Assembly (NCBI GenBank): GCA_964532235.1
Contig: CAZHGY010000002.1
Span: 1 to 49,850, forward strand
Reading direction: 5' to 3'
DNA: 49,850 nucleotides
Origin: an uncultured Candidatus Saccharimonas sp.
GTDB taxonomy: Bacteria > Patescibacteriota > Saccharimonadia > Saccharimonadales > Saccharimonadaceae
The notes under the pieces: model-generated
Told to the model about the DNA's origin: nothing
Seen by the model: the letters and a program-made list of their open reading frames with translations, nothing else
The model's database searches: none
Program-made: the position numbers and the translations under genes
Part shown: positions 28,282 through 33,782 of the stretch, piece after piece
Layout of the letters: every line of letters begins with the position of its first letter
How positions within the stretch are numbered: position 1 is the stretch's first letter

Positions 28282-28504
28282 TTGTCTTGTCCTTTTTTCC
28301 ATTAGTTAGGTTAAGCTCAAGATGAGCGAGTAACTTTTCGAATGTCTCGGGTTTAGCAATAATTAATACGCCATCTATTGGCGCCTTGAAAACAAGAAGC
28401 TTGTCTGCAGCATTAATTGATAAAGATTCTCTGGCTTCGGACGGAATCACTATCTGCCCACGTTCTCCAACAGTAACTGACCCAATCAATTTCGACATAT
28501 CCAT
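28274..28504 (-). CDS. AbrB/MazE/SpoVT-family DNA-binding protein
   Basis: The N-terminal VTVGERGQIVIPSEARESLSI matches the swapped-hairpin (SpoVT-AbrB) motif. It is the first gene of the three-gene ABC operon. Confidence 0.7.
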   Translation of the reverse strand: MDMSKLIGSVTVGERGQIVIPSEARESLSINAADKLLVFKAPIDGVLIIAKPETFEKLLAHLELNLTNGKKDKTNE

Positions 28505-28635
28505 TTTTACACCTCCTATGTTATTTATTACTATATAGTATCATACAATTCATATTTATCATATTTATATGAAACAATGTAATTAAATATTCATAATATT
28601 ATTAAACAGATGTAGGATTATATTTTTAGATTATA

Positions 28636-28681
28636 TTTTATTTTGTTCTAACAAATCAGTATTAGATCCATATGCTCAAAC
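28636..28681 (-). repeat. inverted partial copy of repeat 'P' (its GGCTGAGCATATGGGTCTAGTAC end)
   Basis: gtattagatccatatgctcaaac (28659-28681) against the reverse complement of P copy 4, gtactagacccatatgctcagcc (19/23). A weaker tttgttctaa match lies upstream. It sits upstream of the AbrB-ABC operon. Confidence 0.45.
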
Positions 28682-28735
28682 ACATGTCAATTTCATTGAA
28701 ATTATCTTATTTATATAGTTAATAATAGACAAAAA

Positions 28736-28842
28736 CAAAAAGAACCGAATTAACGGTTCTTTTTGCAATTAAGTATTTGTCCTGGCTGTGCGAAAGTATA
28801 AATAGGATGGTGGGTCACTATTTCTGCTGTCGCACTTGGCTG
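28736..28842 (+). repeat. 108-nt direct repeat 'T', copy B (tRNA-Gln trailer, terminator, and tRNA 3' terminus)
   Basis: Partner of 26128-26235. Terminator AGAACCG-aattaa-CGGTTCT (28741-28760) differs from copy A by a compensatory pair. Hairpin GTGCGA (28788-28793) / TCGCAC (28830-28835) has inner stem AAATAG/CTATTT. Confidence 0.8.
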
Positions 28843-28911
28843 GGATGGAGGGATTCGAACCCCCGGATGCTGGTACCAGAAACCAGTGCCTTACCACTTG
28901 GCGACATCCCA
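28837..28911 (-). tRNA. tRNA-Gln (anticodon CUG), 75 nt with encoded CCA
   Basis: Reverse complement is TGGGATGTCGCCAAGTGGTAAGGCACTGGTTTCTGGTACCAGCATCCGGGGGTTCGAATCCCTCCATCCCAGCCA. It folds as a cloverleaf: acceptor TGGGATG/CATCCCA, anticodon stem CTGGT/ACCAG with loop TTCTGGT, T-loop TTCGAAT. It is close to E. coli tRNA-Gln. Confidence 0.9.
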
Positions 28912-28923
28912 TTACGCCTACAT

Positions 28924-28929
28924 ATTATA
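28924..28929 (-). promoter_or_regulatory. candidate -10 box (TATAAT on the minus strand) for tRNA-Gln
   Basis: attata on the plus strand, 12 nt upstream of tRNA position 1. The -35 is weak. Confidence 0.35.
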
Positions 28930-28972
28930 GTCTATAAAATCATTTTTTTCTACACTTCTGACGGGTATCATT

Positions 28973-29812
28973 TTACTGAATATTTAGTTCGGCGGTAATA
29001 GCCCTGTGGTCGGCACCACCATCGGCGGCGACATGAAAACTGTTAACTTTTATAGAATCAGATATAAACATATGATCAATTTGGATCAATCGGATGCTGG
29101 GTAGCCATTCGAATCCGCGCATTTTTGGTGTTGTGGTTGGTCGATGTGTTGGATCGGCGTCATGCAGCCCTGTTGTTGACTCTAATATTTGTAATGCTTC
29201 CCCGCGCGCCATCTCGACTGCCCTAATCGATATCGCTGGTAATACATAATTAGACATTCTTTTAATTGGTCGACTTCGTAATAACTTGGCTGGCCATATA
29301 TCTTCGCCGTGCATAGCGTTATAGTCGCCTGCCATAACTGTCGGCAAATCTGATTCATTTATAATCACAGACAACTCTTTTGCCTGTTTTAGTCTGGTTT
29401 CTTCGGATCGGTCGTCCATATGTATGCCAATCATTCGGAATTGTTGTTTTGATTTAGGATCAGTGATCACAGCTGTTAATGCATTCCTTTTGTCGCCCAA
29501 ACGAATAGTGCGGCAGTTGTCCATCGGTAGTTTGCTAAGCAACATTAACGATAATGGCGCATCCTCAAAACTGGATTTAGCTAGAGTGTCATTTTGGTAA
29601 GGCACATTATATATTCGGTAACCCATGTTTAGCAATTCTTTATGGTGTTTCAAATTCTCTAACGAATCTTCAACATGAGCTTCAACTAACATTAATACGT
29701 CGGCATTAATCTTTCTTATCATGGTCATAATCTGATCGGGATGGCCGCGTTTGGTTCGACTGGTTTCGCTTAGTTTACATTCGACGTTCCAAGATGTAAC
29801 CTTCAAATTCAT
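28973..29812 (-). CDS. endonuclease/exonuclease/phosphatase (EEP) family protein
   Basis: MNLKVTSWNVE, LMLVEAH, MAGDYNAMHG and GGADHRAITAEL follow the EEP motif order. Start taken at ATG 29812; the ORF track extends to 29905. Confidence 0.8.
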   Translation of the reverse strand: MNLKVTSWNVECKLSETSRTKRGHPDQIMTMIRKINADVLMLVEAHVEDSLENLKHHKELLNMGYRIYNVPYQNDTLAKSSFEDAPLSLMLLSKLPMDNCRTIRLGDKRNALTAVITDPKSKQQFRMIGIHMDDRSEETRLKQAKELSVIINESDLPTVMAGDYNAMHGEDIWPAKLLRSRPIKRMSNYVLPAISIRAVEMARGEALQILESTTGLHDADPTHRPTTTPKMRGFEWLPSIRLIQIDHMFISDSIKVNSFHVAADGGADHRAITAELNIQ

Positions 29813-29888
29813 TCCTACAGTATAACAAAATAGGCAGGGTTTGGCTGATTTGTTATAATATAAAGCATAAACAATAGAAGGTGCAAAT

Positions 29889-30395
29889 ATGAGCTTGCCT
29901 AACACTTATACAAACGTAAATGAGACTGGGTGCTGCCCTGTTCCAAATATCAAAGGCTGGGATAAAACCGAGGTCAGTTTCGAAAAAAAGCGATTTATCA
30001 GGCGATATACCAATAGTATTATGTACGTCCCAATTAATATGTCAAAGGTTATGACCGAGTTGGATAAGTGCGCCACCGAAGCCGATGCTAAACTGCCAAT
30101 AACGGAAGGTATGATACTGTCTCATGATATTTCTCCATGGAGGGCTGAACAATTATATGCAGTTTCCAAAGAAGTCGATTGTGCCGAAAATGTAATTTTA
30201 GACGGTACCTTTTTGTCTATGGTCTTTGAAGGTCCGTATAAGGATGCGCCAAAATGGGTGAAATCGATGCAAGATTATGCCAAAGAAAATAATAAAAATA
30301 TCAGCGATATTTATTTTTTCTACACAACTTGTCCGAAATGTGCCAAACATTATGGCAAAAACTACACCGTTGCCTTGGCCCAAATAGTCGAATAA
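29889..30395 (+). CDS. conserved hypothetical Cys-containing protein (168 aa)
   Basis: N-terminal CCPVPN..WD and C-terminal YFFYTTCPKCAKHYGKNY resemble a small family that I recall being annotated only generically. It is the first gene of a plus-strand cluster with heliorhodopsin and pyrD. Confidence 0.6.
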   Translation: MSLPNTYTNVNETGCCPVPNIKGWDKTEVSFEKKRFIRRYTNSIMYVPINMSKVMTELDKCATEADAKLPITEGMILSHDISPWRAEQLYAVSKEVDCAENVILDGTFLSMVFEGPYKDAPKWVKSMQDYAKENNKNISDIYFFYTTCPKCAKHYGKNYTVALAQIVE

Positions 30396-30429
30396 TTTAA
30401 ATTGAAAGCATTAGGGGTATAATTAAAGT

Positions 30430-31206
30430 ATGAGTAAAAAAATAACTATGAAAGCTTTGAGAAATATTAATTTTATTGCCGCAGGTTTGCATTTAGCGCA
30501 AGCGATTGCGGTGTTAATTTTAAGTAAAGCATTCACGTTGCCGATTAGTGGCACTTACCTGGCGAAGAATGTCAATTATAACGGAACTAACGATTTTTTG
30601 ATTTCAACAACTAAGTTTTTGTTTGATCTGTCTTTGCCGATGTTGATCGCCGTATTCTTGTTTATTTGTGCGGCGGCGCATCTTATAATTGCCACAGTTT
30701 ATAACAAACGTTATAACCAAGGTCTAGAAAGTGGCATTAACCGTGCCAGGTGGATTGAATATTCATTCTCGGCCAGTATCATGATGGTCGCGATTGCCTT
30801 GTTGGTCGGTATTTATGACATTTCTAGCTTAATTATGCTGTTCGCACTTAGCGGCATTATGAATCTGATGGGACTAGTCATGGAAGTGCATAACCAAACA
30901 ACTAGAAAAACCAACTGGTTGTCGTATTGGATCGGTTGCATCGCGGGATTCATACCTTGGGTAGTAATCGCCTTTTACATGTGGCTAGGTGCTGATAACG
31001 GCGCCAAAGCTCCGAACTTTGTTTATTGGATCTTTGTCTCGATATTCATCTTTTTCAACTGTTTTGCCGTCAACATGGTTCTGCAGTACAAAAAAATCGG
31101 TCCATGGAAGAATTACATCTACGGCGAGCGCGTCTATATCATCCTTAGCTTAGTTGCCAAATCGTTGTCAGCTTGGCAGGTTTTCGCTGGAACGTTGCGT
31201 CCATAA
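30430..31206 (+). CDS. heliorhodopsin
   Basis: Colinear with heliorhodopsin 48C12 from memory. Matches are FIAAGLHLAQ (His), AAAHLII (His), RWIEYSFSASIMMV (counterion Glu), YWIGCIAGFIPW and GERVYIILSLVAKSLSAWQVFAGTL, with the Schiff-base Lys codon at 31159-31161. Seven hydrophobic helices. Confidence 0.85.
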   Translation: MSKKITMKALRNINFIAAGLHLAQAIAVLILSKAFTLPISGTYLAKNVNYNGTNDFLISTTKFLFDLSLPMLIAVFLFICAAAHLIIATVYNKRYNQGLESGINRARWIEYSFSASIMMVAIALLVGIYDISSLIMLFALSGIMNLMGLVMEVHNQTTRKTNWLSYWIGCIAGFIPWVVIAFYMWLGADNGAKAPNFVYWIFVSIFIFFNCFAVNMVLQYKKIGPWKNYIYGERVYIILSLVAKSLSAWQVFAGTLRP

Positions 31207-31224
31207 GTGTATAATATATTAAAT

Positions 31225-32358
31225 ATGATTAGACGATTTATTTGGCGTGTTATTCGCCTACTATATACTGTAATTGCTAAACCGATACTGTTTTTAATCC
31301 CGCCAGACAAAACGCACAGCGATATGATTAAGTTTTCGATGTTCTTTGGTCGGATCGGCATATTGCGCGGTTTCACGAAGCTGGTATTCGTTAATAAGAC
31401 TGACGACAGATTACAACAGCATCTATTTGGGATAGATTTTAATAACCCAGTTGGCATGTCGGCGGGTCTAGATAAAAACGCCGAGATGGTGCCGATTTCC
31501 ATGCGATTAGGCTTTGGCTTTGGCGAGATAGGGTCGATAACGGCTCGGGCCTGTGCTGGTAATCCTAGGCCATGGTTCTACCGTTTACCGAAGACGCAGT
31601 CATTGGTGGTAAATGCTGGTTTAGGAAACCAAGGATCATCAGCAATTTTGAGGCGGCTAAATGGATATAAGACGACTCAGGACTTCCCTGTTATCTTATC
31701 AGTGGCAAAAACTAACAGTCAAAAAGTTGTTAGCGTGTCTGATGGCATTGCCGATTATATTACAACTCTGAAGCGAGCTAAGAACAATAAGTCGGTCACG
31801 ATGATTGAACTAAATATATCTTGCCCAAATGCCTACGGCGGTGAGCCCTTCACTACCCCTGCTAGGTTAGAACGATTACTAAAAGCCGTCGACAAGGTTG
31901 GCGTAAATCAGCCAATAACGGTTAAAATGCCTGTCGATTTGCCCTGGGACGCATTTGCAGGCCTTTTGGACGTCATTGTTGCCCATCCAGCCATTCAGGC
32001 TGTTACGATAGCGAATTTGTTCAAGGACCGCTCAAGGGTTAAATTGCTGGATGATTTTCCAGATACGGTTAAGGGTAATATGAGTGGTAAGCCGACTTGG
32101 GATGCTAGTAATGATCTGATTTGCAGAACATACAAAAAATATGGCAAGAAGTTGAAGATCATAGGCGTTGGCGGTATATTTACGGCTGAGGATGCCTATA
32201 AAAAAATCAAGCTAGGTGCTAGCTTAGTCGAGCTTGTTACCGGACTGATATTCTATGGCCCACAGATTGCAGCAGAGATAAGTTACGATCTGTCGAGGCT
32301 GCTAGAACGTGATGGATACGAGAATGTCAGTCAAGCAGTTGGTGTTGACATTATTTAG
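31225..32358 (+). CDS. pyrD: dihydroorotate dehydrogenase (quinone), class 2
   Basis: FGIDFNNPVGMSAGLDKNAE, GFGFGEIGSIT, GNPRPWFYRLP, NAGLGNQG, IELNISCPN and IGVGGI match class-2 DHODH, including the N-terminal membrane-association extension. Start is ATG 31225, or GTG 31207 as in the ORF track. Confidence 0.85.
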   Translation: MIRRFIWRVIRLLYTVIAKPILFLIPPDKTHSDMIKFSMFFGRIGILRGFTKLVFVNKTDDRLQQHLFGIDFNNPVGMSAGLDKNAEMVPISMRLGFGFGEIGSITARACAGNPRPWFYRLPKTQSLVVNAGLGNQGSSAILRRLNGYKTTQDFPVILSVAKTNSQKVVSVSDGIADYITTLKRAKNNKSVTMIELNISCPNAYGGEPFTTPARLERLLKAVDKVGVNQPITVKMPVDLPWDAFAGLLDVIVAHPAIQAVTIANLFKDRSRVKLLDDFPDTVKGNMSGKPTWDASNDLICRTYKKYGKKLKIIGVGGIFTAEDAYKKIKLGASLVELVTGLIFYGPQIAAEISYDLSRLLERDGYENVSQAVGVDII

Positions 32359-32590
32359 TTGCGCAATAGTTACCAAACATTGACCCATCGCGGAAAAAAG
32401 GCTTAGCGGCAGCAGATTTTTGCTCAATTAAATCTAGCCCATTTTGAATATTAGCACTGGTGCCACAATTAGTGCCACTTGATAAAAATGTCGGTTGTCC
32501 AAATATATTCCAAGATACTAAGGCGTAAATTAACGCGATAAGTGCAAACGCTACTAATGTTTCTACTAATCTAATTACTATTCCAATCAT
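32351..32590 (-). CDS. small hypothetical membrane-anchored protein (79 aa)
   Basis: N-terminal TM helix (LVAFALIALIYALVSW). Its 3' end overlaps the pyrD 3' end by 8 nt in a convergent arrangement. Confidence 0.45.
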   Translation of the reverse strand: MIGIVIRLVETLVAFALIALIYALVSWNIFGQPTFLSSGTNCGTSANIQNGLDLIEQKSAAAKPFFRDGSMFGNYCATK

Positions 32591-32639
32591 AGATATATTA
32601 TATCAAAGAATAAGCATAAAAATATTGTAAATAATACTG

Positions 32640-32670
32640 TTGACGTGCTCAATATGGCAAGATGTATACT
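32640..32670 (+). promoter_or_regulatory. candidate promoter (TTGACG, 19 nt spacer, TATACT) at the head of a long leader or ncRNA region
   Basis: ttgacg at 32640-32645 and tatact at 32665-32670, with TG immediately upstream. The spacing is longer than optimal. Confidence 0.3.
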
Positions 32671-32929
32671 AAGAGCAGTCATGTGAGTACTGGTAAAAAC
32701 CTTTTTACCCACAGGCTTTAAAAGCCACCATAAATCGTTATCGCACTACGATTGTAGTCCACCGACTAACGTTAAATACACCAAGTAATACCTGTAAAAA
32801 GGATGATAAACTGAACGGTTTTATCACCCCTATCTGGATTACTGTTACATAAACCCGTTTGCTGGAAAGTTTGCGAAAATTTTATCCGGTGTCTATTAAA
32901 ATGTATTTAATCTTCTTGGGGGTGGTGCT

Positions 32930-33193
32930 ATGAATAAGGTAAATATCAATGAACAAGTAAATGTAACTTCATTAGGCTTTCGTAAGAACCTAGTCGCTTA
33001 TCCACGACGCATGGAGTTTCGCGGCGTAACTTACTACTTCATTGATGCGGGCCTACGTTGCCTATTGCGCTGTGGTGAACATATTGCCGAATTTTTTACG
33101 CTATCGGACGGTAAGGCGGATTACCACATCAAATTAGACCCAGCTAATAACATCTGGACATTGCTAAGTATCACCGCTGATGTTGTAAATTAG
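32930..33193 (+). CDS. hypothetical protein (87 aa)
   Basis: The ATG is preceded by GGGGGTGG (SD-like) at 4-nt spacing. No family recognised. Confidence 0.55.
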   Translation: MNKVNINEQVNVTSLGFRKNLVAYPRRMEFRGVTYYFIDAGLRCLLRCGEHIAEFFTLSDGKADYHIKLDPANNIWTLLSITADVVN

Positions 33194-33666
33194 CAGACTC
33201 TAACTAATTGATATTGATTATAGTTTTGGCCATTATTCAAGACGATTATATCCTTTTCGGCGTGGCCAAGCAAACTACGTCCGAGAGGGCTTTTTGTAGA
33301 GATTCGCCCATCACTTGGGTTGGCTTCGACGCTGTCGACGATAGTATAATGATAAAAATGCCCATATTTATCGATTAAATCAACGACTGATCCGATGACA
33401 ACTTGTATATGATTTTTGCGGGCAGGAAGAAGCTTGGAATTTGTAATGATCTGTTTCTTGTCGTCGATCTCGGACTCGATACTGTCTAGAGCTGACAGAT
33501 ACTCAATACGTCGCAAGTTTTCTTCTTTACTATTAGTTTTGTCTTGTTCGCGTAATGATTGGCGAATCTTTTCACGGTTATGTTCAAGTTGGTGGATAGC
33601 TCTTCTTATTTCTTTTAGACCCTTTCTACTAAGTAGAATAATCTTATTCTGGTTGATAGTGTTCAT
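33190..33666 (-). CDS. greA: transcription elongation factor GreA family
   Basis: 158 aa, with an N-terminal coiled-coil region and a C-terminal GreA/B domain (GSVVDLID.., ISTKSPLGRSLLGHAEKDII). Confidence 0.8.
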   Translation of the reverse strand: MNTINQNKIILLSRKGLKEIRRAIHQLEHNREKIRQSLREQDKTNSKEENLRRIEYLSALDSIESEIDDKKQIITNSKLLPARKNHIQVVIGSVVDLIDKYGHFYHYTIVDSVEANPSDGRISTKSPLGRSLLGHAEKDIIVLNNGQNYNQYQLVRVC

Positions 33667-33782
33667 AGTGGATACTCCTCTATAACTTAATATTACCTAG
33701 TTATTATGGGCGAGATAGCTGAATATGGACTTAGATTGAAATTTAATTAGCTATTAAGTTAAAGAATTAATATAATAGTTAT

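Larger units (their letters stand above)
13179..28836. mobile_element. putative tRNA-Gln-associated genomic island (degraded integrative element(s), about 15.7 kb)
   Basis: Bounded by tRNA-Gln and the direct 16/17-nt repeat of its 3' end. It contains a terminase fragment, a large serine recombinase, defence-type genes and internal repeats. By eye it looks AT-richer than the flanks (not computed). Confidence 0.5.

Noticed and set aside
28274-28504. AbrB/MazE-like gene as the antitoxin of a toxin-antitoxin pair
   Set aside because: There is no toxin-like partner. It is translationally coupled to the ABC ATPase, so it is more likely an operon regulator.
28777-28998. 73-aa plus-strand ORF
   Set aside because: It runs antisense across tRNA-Gln and its trailer. 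Its sequence (..WRDSNPRMLVPETSALPLGD..) is the typical artefact of translating a tRNA gene.
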